Source: Myxococcota bacterium (GTDB lineage: Bacteria; Myxococcota_A; Polyangia; Nannocystales; Nannocystaceae). From it: a stretch of 64,000 nt of DNA. Location of the stretch: NCBI GenBank assembly GCA_039028615.1, contig JBCCHT010000057.1:1-64000 (forward strand), read 5' to 3'. A program made the position numbers and the translations under genes. The notes below the pieces were generated by a model. The model worked only from the letters and a program-made list of their open reading frames with translations. It was not told where the DNA came from and did not search any database. This document shows positions 49,324 to 58,149 of the stretch, one piece after another. The stretch's first letter is position 1; each line of letters opens with the position of its first letter.

Positions 49324-51789
49324 ATGAAACCGACCCGACGCCGCATCCCCTGGTCGATCGGCTGTGTGTCGTTGGTTTCGCTCGCCACCGCGGCTTGCGG
49401 AGACGACGCTCCCACCAACCCCACCGACCCCAGCACGACCTCCGGCACGTCCATCACCGACACCTTCCCCGACGACAGCTCTGGCACCACGGGCGGAGAG
49501 ACCGAGGGCAGCACCTCCGGCACGACCGAGGTCGCCGACGAGACCGGCGATACCGGCGAAGTCTGCGAGACGATCTTGTGCGGCGGGGTCTGCTGCGACG
49601 AGACCGAAGAGTGCGTCAACGACAGCTGCCTGCCGATCTGCGAGACCGAGATTCGCTGCGGTGAAGATCAAGAGCTGTGCTGCGACGAGGGCCAGGTCTG
49701 CTTGGCCACCGCATGCGTGACGCCGACCGGCGAGTGCACCGACGCCTACGACTGCGAAGAGGGGGAGTTCTGCGAGCCCACGCTCGGGCAGTGCCTGCCT
49801 CAGCCCGATCCCCTCGACTGCGAGCTCGTCCCCGAGTTCGACGACATCGAGGTTCAGGTCGAGTGGTCCTTCGAGGACGAGCAGATCATCTCGATGCCCG
49901 CCGTCGGCGACGTCGACGGTGACATGCGCCCCGAGGTGGTCATCAACACCTACTTCGCCACCGACCCCGGCGGCAGCTCGGCCGAGTTCTTCGGCGAGAT
50001 CATCGTGCTCGACGGCGAGAACGGCAACGTGCAGTTCCGCGTCGAGAACAACCCGGGCAGCGGCGAGTTCGGCTCGTACGCCCGCTCGACCATCGGCCTC
50101 GCCGACGTCGACGGCAACGACCTGGCCGACATCATCTATGTCGGCCGGCCCACCACGGGCATCGCCCCCTTCGCCAGCAACTCGTCGATCATTCACGCCA
50201 TCGACGGCCTGGGCAACACGCTGTGGGCCAGCCACGACGAGGACGACGAGCCGTACTACATCTACGTGCGCCACGGCGCCCCGGCCTTCGCCAACTTCGA
50301 CAACGACTCCGCGTCGGAGATCGTGTTCGGCACCACCGTGCTCGACAACGATGGCCTCGTCGTCTTCGACAACGACGTGTTCATCGGCGCCACCAACTAC
50401 CGCGGCGGCATCTCGGGCTCGAACGGCAACTACCTGGGCGGCATCTCGCTCATCGCCGACCTGACCGGCGACGACTATCCCGAGATCATCTCGGGTCGCC
50501 AGGCCTGGACGGTCACCTGGGACGACGGCGTCAGCCCGCCCGACGTCGAGCTGACCCCGCTGTGGGAGTACACCGGTCCCGATGGCTTCCCCGCCATCGC
50601 CGACCTCGATCTCGACGGTGACCCCGAGGTCGTCATCGTGGCCGACCCCGCGCCCTTCAACGTGCTCGACGGCACCATCATCGTGCTCGACGGCGCCACC
50701 GGTAACCTATGGTGCGGCATCGACCCGACCGGGGCCATGTGCGAGGGCAACGACTCGCTGCGCACCCAGCCCATCGACATCCCGGGCGGCGGCCGCGGTG
50801 GCCCGCCCACCATCGCCGACTTCGACGGTGACGGACGGCCCGAGATCGCGGTCGCGGGTGGCTCTTCGTACTCCGTGTACGACCTCAACCGCATGGGCGA
50901 GGACATCGTGCAGCCCGCGGGCGATCCTCCGCCCCAGGCCGGCGACATCTACGTGCGCTGGACCTCGACCACCCAGGACCAGAGCTCCAACGTCACCGGC
51001 TCCTCCGTGTTCGACTTCCAGGGCGACGGCATCTCCGAGGTCATCTACGCCGACGAGTGCTTCCTGCGGGTCTACAGCGGCGACGACGGCAACATCATCC
51101 TCGAGCAGGAGAACTCGAGCGCAACCATCCACGAGTACCCGATCGTCGTCGATGCCGACGGCGACGGAAACTCCGAGCTGCTGGTCGTGGCCAACGACGC
51201 CAACGCCGACGCCGACTGCGGGTCGATCCCCGGCTACGAGACCCGACGCGGCGTGTTCATGTACGGCGACGTCAACGACCAGTGGGTCCGCACCCGCCAG
51301 GTCTGGAACTCGCACACGTACCACGTGACCAACGCGACCTCGTCGGGCCTCACCCCGACCATGCTGGAGAACAACTGGGAAGACCCCCAGCTGAACAACT
51401 TCCGGCAGAACTTCCAGGGCGCGGGCGTGTTCAATGCCCCCGACCTGTCGGTCGACCTCTCCGTCGGCCTGGCCAACTGCCTGCAGAAGGAGTTCGAGGT
51501 CATCGCCACCGTGCGCAACACCGGCTCCATCGGCATCCCGCCGGGCGTCGACGTCACGCTCTACCGCGGCACCGACAACACCGGTGAGGTGGTCAGCACC
51601 CAGCAGACGGCCGTGCCGCTGCTCCCGGGCGCCTCCACCAACGTCTCGTGGCTCGAGCCCAACCCGGGCGGCACGCCGCAGGACTACTTCGTCGAGGTCG
51701 ACTTCGACGACGTCGATGTCGTGACCGAGTGCGACGAGGACAACAACACCGCCGACGCCAACGCGGTGGCCTGCCCGATCCCCGAGTGA
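49324..51789 (+). CDS. Large lipoprotein: Cys-rich region, FG-GAP/VCBS propeller, C-terminal CARDB-like domain
   Basis: Lipobox TAAC; repeated D[VLF]DGDxxPE; WN.H.Y..TN; PDL...VRNTG...ECDEDNN. Confidence 0.9.
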   Translation: MKPTRRRIPWSIGCVSLVSLATAACGDDAPTNPTDPSTTSGTSITDTFPDDSSGTTGGETEGSTSGTTEVADETGDTGEVCETILCGGVCCDETEECVNDSCLPICETEIRCGEDQELCCDEGQVCLATACVTPTGECTDAYDCEEGEFCEPTLGQCLPQPDPLDCELVPEFDDIEVQVEWSFEDEQIISMPAVGDVDGDMRPEVVINTYFATDPGGSSAEFFGEIIVLDGENGNVQFRVENNPGSGEFGSYARSTIGLADVDGNDLADIIYVGRPTTGIAPFASNSSIIHAIDGLGNTLWASHDEDDEPYYIYVRHGAPAFANFDNDSASEIVFGTTVLDNDGLVVFDNDVFIGATNYRGGISGSNGNYLGGISLIADLTGDDYPEIISGRQAWTVTWDDGVSPPDVELTPLWEYTGPDGFPAIADLDLDGDPEVVIVADPAPFNVLDGTIIVLDGATGNLWCGIDPTGAMCEGNDSLRTQPIDIPGGGRGGPPTIADFDGDGRPEIAVAGGSSYSVYDLNRMGEDIVQPAGDPPPQAGDIYVRWTSTTQDQSSNVTGSSVFDFQGDGISEVIYADECFLRVYSGDDGNIILEQENSSATIHEYPIVVDADGDGNSELLVVANDANADADCGSIPGYETRRGVFMYGDVNDQWVRTRQVWNSHTYHVTNATSSGLTPTMLENNWEDPQLNNFRQNFQGAGVFNAPDLSVDLSVGLANCLQKEFEVIATVRNTGSIGIPPGVDVTLYRGTDNTGEVVSTQQTAVPLLPGASTNVSWLEPNPGGTPQDYFVEVDFDDVDVVTECDEDNNTADANAVACPIPE

Positions 51790-52047
51790 TCGGCCGCTTC
51801 GTACGCGCCTGACGAGCGGGCGGGGACCTCGGTCTCCGCCCGTTTTCAATTGCGGCCCCAGAAGACCCGCTACGGGGCGTCAGACGACGCCCGAAGAAAA
51901 ATCGAAGTTTCCTTGTAATCGCCAGCCCGCTCGCGCGCCTCACCGTTGAGTACGGCAAAGCGAAGTGGCGCGCGGCCCCGATGTTGTTCGGAGCCGCGCG
52001 CCGCCACGGAGGTCTTTGCCCGACGACGAACGATTGAGGACTACATC

Positions 52048-52863
52048 ATGACCCACTACGCGTTTTCCAAGCTTCGTACCCTGGGCCTCGGGCTCGGTCT
52101 GCTGATTCCCGCCTTTGCCGTCTACGGCTGCGATCCCGTCGAGGAAGAGCCCGGAGCAGGCGAGTCCGGCGGCGCCGACGAAGGCGGTGCCGACGAAGGC
52201 GGTGCCGACGAAGGCGGTGAAGAGGGCGGAGCCGAAGGAGGAGGCGAAGGCGACGACGGAGCCGATGATGGGGCCGACGACGGCGAGCCGACCGACTGCG
52301 AAGAGGCCGAGCAAGCCTGCGCCGACGCGGACCTCACCCCCGAGCAGTGCGCCGCCGAGTTCCCCGAGTGCTTCGATCCGCCCGCGCCGCCCAGCTGCGA
52401 AGAGGCCGAGGAGATCTGCGCCGCCGAGAAGCTCTCCCCCGAGCAGTGCGCCGCCGAGTACCCCGAGTGCTTCGACGAGCCCAACGACTGCAAGGAGGCC
52501 GAACAGCAGTGTGCCGCCGACGAGCTCACGCCCGAGCAGTGCGCCGCCGAGTTCCCCGAGTGCTTCGACGAGCCCAACGAGTGCGACCAGGTCGAGGAGA
52601 TCTGCGCCGCCGACAAGCTCACGCCCGAGCAGTGCGCGGCCGAGTTCCCCGAGTGCTTCGACCCCGTGCCCCCCGAGTGCAAGGAGGTCTTCGGCCAGTG
52701 CGAAGAGTGGATGCTGACCGAGGAAGAGTGCGCCCTGGAGTTCCCCGAGTGCTTCCCCGCGCCCCCGCCCCCCGAGGTCAACTGCGACGAGGTCTGGGGT
52801 ATCTGCGAGAAGCTGGGCCTCGGCGAAGAGCAGTGCGTCTCCGAGTTCCCCGAGTGCTTCTAG
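52048..52863 (+). CDS. Cys-rich tandem-repeat lipoprotein
   Basis: GAGGA RBS; lipobox VYGC; six C-x6-C-x9-C-x6-CF units. Confidence 0.88.
   Translation: MTHYAFSKLRTLGLGLGLLIPAFAVYGCDPVEEEPGAGESGGADEGGADEGGADEGGEEGGAEGGGEGDDGADDGADDGEPTDCEEAEQACADADLTPEQCAAEFPECFDPPAPPSCEEAEEICAAEKLSPEQCAAEYPECFDEPNDCKEAEQQCAADELTPEQCAAEFPECFDEPNECDQVEEICAADKLTPEQCAAEFPECFDPVPPECKEVFGQCEEWMLTEEECALEFPECFPAPPPPEVNCDEVWGICEKLGLGEEQCVSEFPECF
52168..52212 (+). repeat. 15-bp tandem repeat x3 (encodes GGADE)
   Basis: GGCGGYGCCGACGAA x3. Confidence 0.85.
52297..52860 (+). repeat. Six intragenic repeats of about 93-105 bp
   Basis: CCCGAGCAGTGCGCSGCCGAGTWCCCCGAGTGCTTCGA recurs, more diverged in the last two units. 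Confidence 0.9.
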
Positions 52864-52879
52864 ACTACGACTGAACACG

Positions 52880-52917
52880 ACGAAGCTCGGTGGGCCGCGA
52901 GGCTCACCGAGCTTCGT
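52880..52917 (+). terminator. Strong hairpin, probable terminator
   Basis: ACGAAGCTCGGTGGGCC-GCGA-GGCTCACCGAGCTTCGT (GNRA loop); weak U-tract. Confidence 0.75.
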
Positions 52918-52975
52918 TGCGTCGCCCCTTCCCCTCGGCGGCCGCGGTTCCTACCCTCGCCCCCGCCAGGGACTG

Positions 52976-53614
52976 ATGAGCGACTCCAAGACGATTTGTG
53001 TATTCGGCGCGACCGGTCAGGTCGGCAGCCAGTTTCTTCCGCTCGCGCTCGAGGCCGGCTACCGCGTCCGCGCGCTCGTCCGCAAACCGGACAAGCTCGC
53101 GCAGCGGGACCACGAGCACGTCGAGGCGATCGCGGGCAACGCCACCGACGCGGGCGACGTCGCCAAGGCGGTGGCCGGCTCGCAGCTGGTCACCAGCTTT
53201 CTGGGCAACCCCAGCAAGGACCTCCACATCATGGAGGCCGCGAACCGCAACATCCTGGAGGCCGCCCGCGAGCAGGCGAGCCCGCCGCGGTGCCTGTTCA
53301 TCTCCAGCATCGGTATGGGCGGGTCGTCGTGGCTCATCGGCGGCATGCTCAAGCTGATGGCCGGCAAAGCGAGCATCATGGACTACGAGCGGGCCGACGC
53401 GCTCGTGCGTGCCGAGACCACGGTGCCCTACGCGCTCATCCGTCCCTACGCGCTCACCGACAAGCCGGGCACGGGCACCTACAAGCTCATCCCCAAAAAA
53501 ACGGTGCACTTCGCCAAGCCGATCGCCCGGGCCGACGTCGCCAAGTTCTTCTTCGACTGCCTCGAGAACACGCAGTGGGATGGACCGGCGGCGGTCCACC
53601 TCACGGGCGCCTGA
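52976..53614 (+). CDS. NAD(P)H-binding oxidoreductase (atypical SDR, BVR-B-like)
   Basis: VFGATGQVG, ALVRKPDKL, IARADVA. Confidence 0.9.
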   Translation: MSDSKTICVFGATGQVGSQFLPLALEAGYRVRALVRKPDKLAQRDHEHVEAIAGNATDAGDVAKAVAGSQLVTSFLGNPSKDLHIMEAANRNILEAAREQASPPRCLFISSIGMGGSSWLIGGMLKLMAGKASIMDYERADALVRAETTVPYALIRPYALTDKPGTGTYKLIPKKTVHFAKPIARADVAKFFFDCLENTQWDGPAAVHLTGA

Positions 53615-53655
53615 GCGTGGCCAAAGGCGCCCGCACACGATAGCGTCCCGGGCTC

Positions 53656-54348
53656 ATGCCCTACTCGTGGTTGCTCTTCGACGCCGACGGGACCCTCTAC
53701 GACTTCCGCGCGGCCGAGGCCAGCGCCATCGCCAAGACCTTCACCCACCTCGGGGTCGAGCCGAGCCCGGACGTCACCGCGACCTATCGCGAGATCAACA
53801 CCCGGGTGTGGCAACAGCTCGAGCGCGGCGAGCTGCTCCCCGCCGACCTCGGGGAGCGACGCTTTGCCCTGATCTTCGAGGCCCTCGGCCTCGACTTCGA
53901 CCCGGCCGATGCCAGCGCGCGACACTTCGTGCACCTGAGCGAGGGCAGCGAGCTGCTCGCGGGCGCCGAGGCGCTCATCGAAGACCTCCGCCGCGACCAT
54001 CGGCTGGCGATCATCACCAACGGGCTCTCGGCCGTGCAGCGACCACGCTTTGCCGCCTCGAGCATCGGGCACCGTTTCGACCCAGTGGTGATCTCCGACG
54101 AGGTCGGCGTCGCCAAGCCGGACCCGCGCATCTTCGACCTCGTGTTCGAGGGTATGGGGCACCCCGCCAAGGACGAGGTCTTGCTGATCGGCGACAGCCT
54201 GTCCTCGGACATTCGCGGCGGCTCGAACTACGGCCTGGACACCGTCTGGTTCAACCCGCAGCAAAAGACCGCACCGAGCGATCTGAGCATCACGCATCAG
54301 ATCGCGGCACTCACCGAGCTGCCTGCGCTGGTGCGAGGCGAGCCGTAG
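53656..54348 (+). CDS. yjjG: YjjG-family HAD nucleotidase
   Basis: FDADGTLYDF, ITNG, KPDPRIF, IGDSLSSDIRG. Confidence 0.88.
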   Translation: MPYSWLLFDADGTLYDFRAAEASAIAKTFTHLGVEPSPDVTATYREINTRVWQQLERGELLPADLGERRFALIFEALGLDFDPADASARHFVHLSEGSELLAGAEALIEDLRRDHRLAIITNGLSAVQRPRFAASSIGHRFDPVVISDEVGVAKPDPRIFDLVFEGMGHPAKDEVLLIGDSLSSDIRGGSNYGLDTVWFNPQQKTAPSDLSITHQIAALTELPALVRGEP

Positions 54349-54355
54349 CGAGGGC

Positions 54356-55219
54356 TCAGCCCACCGCTCGGGCGAAGGTGCCGGTATCGGTCTTGGGCGC
54401 CGTCTGGACGCCGAGGGCAGCGCGGAGCCGACGGGCGACCAACCGCGCGTCGGAATCACGCTGCGGCACCGAGGGCCGCAACATGCGATCGAGCGCGAGC
54501 TGGGCGGCGACTGGCAGCATGGGGGAGCCCGGAGGAAGCCGGTCGAAGTCGGGCCGGAACGCGATGCGACAGGCGATGTCGACCGGCATGTCCACGAACG
54601 GCGCATGGCCACTGATCGCATGCCAGAGCACGACCCCGAGCGAGTAGATGTCGGAGGCGGGGCGGCAACCGGTGCCGGCCAGCAGCTCGGGCGCAGCGTA
54701 GGCAGCAGCACTGCTCGCACGCGAGTCGAACGACAGCGGCTGCTCTTCGGCGGCCACGAGCGAGACTTGATCGAGACCGACCAGCTTGATTCGCCGGGCG
54801 ACGCCGGAGCGGATCATGATGGCGTTGGGCGAGAGGTTGCGATGCACCAGCCCCTCGTCGTGCAGCGCGGCCAGCCCTTCGAGCACCTGGGCCCCGAGGT
54901 CGAAGACCTCGAACCACGACATGCGACCGACCTCGGTCAGGGCTTGCGCCAGGGTCAGACCGTCCACGCCTTCCATGACCAGGCAGGGGCGACCGCCCTC
55001 GAGCAAGCCAAAGTCGACCAGGCGCACCACGTTGTCGTGCCGCAGCGCGGCCATGGCCTCGCCCTCGAGCAGCGCACGCTCCGAGTCGCCCTCGGCCCAC
55101 AGCTTGATGGAGACGGGGCCTGCGGTCTCGGTGTCCAGGCCTCGCCAGACCTGTCCGTTCGCGCTGGATGCTTGGAGTGACTCGACGCGATAGCGCCCGA
55201 ACAAGAGCTCACCGATCAT
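54356..55219 (-). CDS. Ser/Thr kinase-like protein, probable pseudokinase
   Basis: VSIK, H.NVVRL, YAAPE and DIYSLG present; HRNLSPNA replaces HRDLKPxN and VGL replaces DFG. Confidence 0.8.
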   Translation of the reverse strand: MIGELLFGRYRVESLQASSANGQVWRGLDTETAGPVSIKLWAEGDSERALLEGEAMAALRHDNVVRLVDFGLLEGGRPCLVMEGVDGLTLAQALTEVGRMSWFEVFDLGAQVLEGLAALHDEGLVHRNLSPNAIMIRSGVARRIKLVGLDQVSLVAAEEQPLSFDSRASSAAAYAAPELLAGTGCRPASDIYSLGVVLWHAISGHAPFVDMPVDIACRIAFRPDFDRLPPGSPMLPVAAQLALDRMLRPSVPQRDSDARLVARRLRAALGVQTAPKTDTGTFARAVG

Positions 55220-55517
55220 TCCATGTACTCGTTTTCGCGGTCGCACTAGTAGGACGAGGACCTGCATGCATCGCAGGCGCTTCGTAACCACCGTCGTTCC
55301 CCTTACGAGCTAACACGTGAAGCGGATCACGGCCGCCTCCATTGCGAGTCAATACGGCGACCCAGTGTCCACTTTCGGTTCGGACGCGAAGGGTTCACCC
55401 CACTGCGTTAAACGAACAACGCGATCACGACGAAGAGCATCGTCGCATCGCGTTTGATCGATCGATCGGCCACCGCCAACGAGTGTTCCGGCGGTCCGAT
55501 TCGTTCCCTCGACTCGC

Positions 55518-56816
55518 CTACGCGAGGAGTCCCTCGTGCGCCCGGAAGCCGGCGTCTTCGAGGGCACCTCGGATCTTGGTGAGGGCCCGCTCTTGCAGCT
55601 GACGAATGCGCTCGCGCGACAACCCGTGCAGCTCACCCACTTGTCGCAGGGTGAGGGTCTCGGCCCCGTCGAGCCCGAAGCGGTGTCGCAGGATGTCGGC
55701 CTCCATCGGACGCAGGGTCTCGAGCGCGTCGCCCAGCGCATCGTCCAGTCGCGTGTCGTGCAGGAGGTGATCGGCACTGGGACCTTCGTCGGCGATGACC
55801 TCGATGCCTCGCGCCACCCCTTCGCGATCGGGCTCGTCGAACGACGCGTCGCGTTGGGTCAAGGTCCGCTCGAGGCGCTCGAGCTTCTCCTCGGCCACGC
55901 CCAGCGCCTGCGCCAGCTCGGTGCGGTCGGGCACGCGCTGGTTGGCGATCTCGAACTCGCGACGCGCCTGCACCATCTTGTGCTGCAGCTCCACCACGTG
56001 CACGGGCAGACGGACGGCACGGCCCTTGTCGCTCAGCGCCCGGCCGATGGCGTGACGAATCCACCAGCTACCGTAGGTCGAGAACCGGAAGCCCTTGCGC
56101 GGGTCGAAGCGATCGACCGCGGTCATGAGACCCAGGTTGCCCTCTTGAATGAGGTCGGACAGCGGCATCCGGCCGTTGCGGCGATACCGATGGGCCATCG
56201 TCACCACCAGGCGAAGGTTGGCCCGCACCATCTGATGACGCGCGCTCGAGTGCGCCATGCGAGCGGCGCGAACGGAGTGGAGGTAGCGCTGGAAGGTCGC
56301 GCTGCCTCGCGCCGGGCTGCGCACGCCGAGGCTGGTGTTGCGCCCCTGGCCGGCGTCCATCGCCTCGAGGTCGGCCACGATGCGGTCGGCGATCTCCACC
56401 GAGGGATCGAGCTCACCCATCTCGTCGGCAAACTTGGCCCGGGTCGACTCGGCGGCCAGGCGGGGCTGCGTGCGAGGGCGACCGCGAAGGACGGCGGCGG
56501 CCTTGGTCATGGCCTTCATCGTCTTCGCCTTGCGGCCGTTGGACTCCAGGGATTCCCCGATGACCGCGAGCATGGCCTCGATGAAGGGCGCGTAGCCAAG
56601 GAGCTTCTCCCAGTAATCCCGTCGCAAGCGCTGGATTCGCTCGGCGACCTGGCGCTCCTGCGCGGCGTCCATCAGCTGCTCTTGGTCCAGCTCGGCGAAA
56701 TACAGCTCGATGCCCTCATCCGACCTGGGACCGGCATGGCTACGGTCCGCACCGCGGCGTTTGGGCTGGCGCTGGGAAGTCACTCCCCCCGTGGACGTCG
56801 TGTTTGCTTTGAGCAT
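55518..56816 (-). CDS. RpoD/SigA-like alternative sigma-70 factor lacking region 1.1
   Basis: ANLRLVV, DLIQEGNLGLM.AVDRFD..KGFRFSTY..WWIR, VRLPVH, LSRERIRQ; ATG 56816 preferred over TTG 56855. Confidence 0.93.
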   Translation of the reverse strand: MLKANTTSTGGVTSQRQPKRRGADRSHAGPRSDEGIELYFAELDQEQLMDAAQERQVAERIQRLRRDYWEKLLGYAPFIEAMLAVIGESLESNGRKAKTMKAMTKAAAVLRGRPRTQPRLAAESTRAKFADEMGELDPSVEIADRIVADLEAMDAGQGRNTSLGVRSPARGSATFQRYLHSVRAARMAHSSARHQMVRANLRLVVTMAHRYRRNGRMPLSDLIQEGNLGLMTAVDRFDPRKGFRFSTYGSWWIRHAIGRALSDKGRAVRLPVHVVELQHKMVQARREFEIANQRVPDRTELAQALGVAEEKLERLERTLTQRDASFDEPDREGVARGIEVIADEGPSADHLLHDTRLDDALGDALETLRPMEADILRHRFGLDGAETLTLRQVGELHGLSRERIRQLQERALTKIRGALEDAGFRAHEGLLA

Positions 56817-56833
56817 CGCTGGCCTCGAGTCGT

Positions 56834-56906
56834 GATCTACTTGGGGTTCGGTCAACTGTCAAAGGTTTGTACAAAAATAATTCAAGCTTTGACAAAGCTC
56901 TCACAA
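56834..56906 (-). promoter_or_regulatory. Candidate sigma-gene promoter overlapped by CarH-like operator
   Basis: Minus-strand TTGACA (56862-56857), 17 bp, TAGATC; plus-strand TnnACA units with ACA at 56871, 56892 and 56903; TGTCAAAG/CTTTGACA inverted repeat. Confidence 0.5.
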
Positions 56907-57080
56907 CGAGACGCGAATCGCAACGCTCCTTCGTGGCCGTGGAACGGGGAAAATTCGGCGATATGGGCCCAAAACGACGGTTTTCGGATCTGAGTTCGAT
57001 CCTGTCGACCGTACCCGGCCCTGTGGCATCCCGACGCAACCACCGAGATTACGGTAACGATGCGCGCGTTCATCGCTGTT

Positions 57081-57131
57081 CTATTGAACAACCTTTGACA
57101 ACATCTCAGCAGAGTGCACAATCTTCATACA
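57081..57131 (+). promoter_or_regulatory. Candidate carH promoter with tandem 10-bp operator repeats
   Basis: TTGACA at 57095-57100, CACAAT at 57117; ACA at 57088, 57098, 57118 and 57129 (first three fit TnnACA). Confidence 0.6.
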
Positions 57132-57165
57132 GCTCGGGGCGCGTGCGTCCGAAGACGAGGCGACC

Positions 57166-58095
57166 GTGGCCGATCAACAAGGCAAGTACCGCATCAACGC
57201 GGTCTCAGAGATGACCGGCATTCCATCCGCGACGTTGCGGGCATGGGAGCGGCGCTACGGCGTGCCCGAGCCTCGGCGCACGGAGTCCTCGTATCGCGTC
57301 TATAGCGATTCCGACGTGGAGCTCATCTGCCGGGTGCGGGACCTGGGAGAGCAAGGCATGGCGCCGTCCGAGGCCGCCAAGCTGGTGCTCGCCGACCTCG
57401 AGCGTCAGCGTAACGCGGCCCCGGCCAACGGGGCCGACCCTTACGTGGGCGCCACCCAGGCCATCGTGCACGGGGTCGAGGTCTTCGATCCCGAGCAGGT
57501 CCACTCTGCGGTTCGCCACGCGCTGGTGATGGGCCCCGCCACGACCGTCTTCGATCGAGTGTTTCGCCCCGCCATGCGGGAGATCGGTCAGCGCTGGCAC
57601 GACGGCACCTTCTCCGTCGGGCAAGAGCACATGGCCACCCAGATCGTCGAGGGCGCCACCATCTCCATGCTCAACCTCGTTCAACAAGAGGACGCGGACA
57701 AGAGCGCGGTGGTGGCCTGCTTTGCCGACGACACCCACTCGCTTCCCGTGCTCGGCTTCGCCCTGCACATGGCCACCTGGGGCTTCCGAGTCGTTCGGCT
57801 CGGCACGCGAACCCCCCCGGCCGCGATCCGGCAATCCATCGAGCAGCTCTCCCCTACCGTGGTGGGGCTTTCGGTCACCGTGACCCCTCCGCCCCATCGG
57901 GCGCGAGAACTCGTCGAAGAGTACGCCAGCGCATGCCGCAACACGCCGTGGGTGGTCGGCGGTGCGGCTGCGGCCGACCTCCGCCCGCTCATCGAGCAGC
58001 ACGGCGGCCAGGTCATCGAGGGCTATTCCCCTCGCGAGATCCGGCGGGCGATCGAGACGACCATCACCAAGCACCGCCGTCGCAAACGCTCCTGA
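57166..58095 (+). CDS. MerR-family B12-binding regulator (CarH/CarA/LitR family)
   Basis: TLRAWERRYG; W-x9-EH (WHDGTFSVGQEH); DTHSLP...LSVT...VGG cobalamin-binding motif. Confidence 0.92.
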   Translation: MADQQGKYRINAVSEMTGIPSATLRAWERRYGVPEPRRTESSYRVYSDSDVELICRVRDLGEQGMAPSEAAKLVLADLERQRNAAPANGADPYVGATQAIVHGVEVFDPEQVHSAVRHALVMGPATTVFDRVFRPAMREIGQRWHDGTFSVGQEHMATQIVEGATISMLNLVQQEDADKSAVVACFADDTHSLPVLGFALHMATWGFRVVRLGTRTPPAAIRQSIEQLSPTVVGLSVTVTPPPHRARELVEEYASACRNTPWVVGGAAAADLRPLIEQHGGQVIEGYSPREIRRAIETTITKHRRRKRS

Positions 58096-58149
58096 ACGGC
58101 GGGTCCCCGGCGGGGCCTCGGGTATGAGACACTCGATTTTCGAAGCCCC

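Noticed and set aside
52297..52860. Regular repeats as a CRISPR array
   Set aside because: The repeats are in-frame and protein-coding with synonymous variation, the intervening parts are homologous, and there are no cas genes.
55518..56816. The primary housekeeping rpoD
   Set aside because: It lacks region 1.1, has a divergent region 4 and no dnaG context, so it is more likely an alternative sigma.
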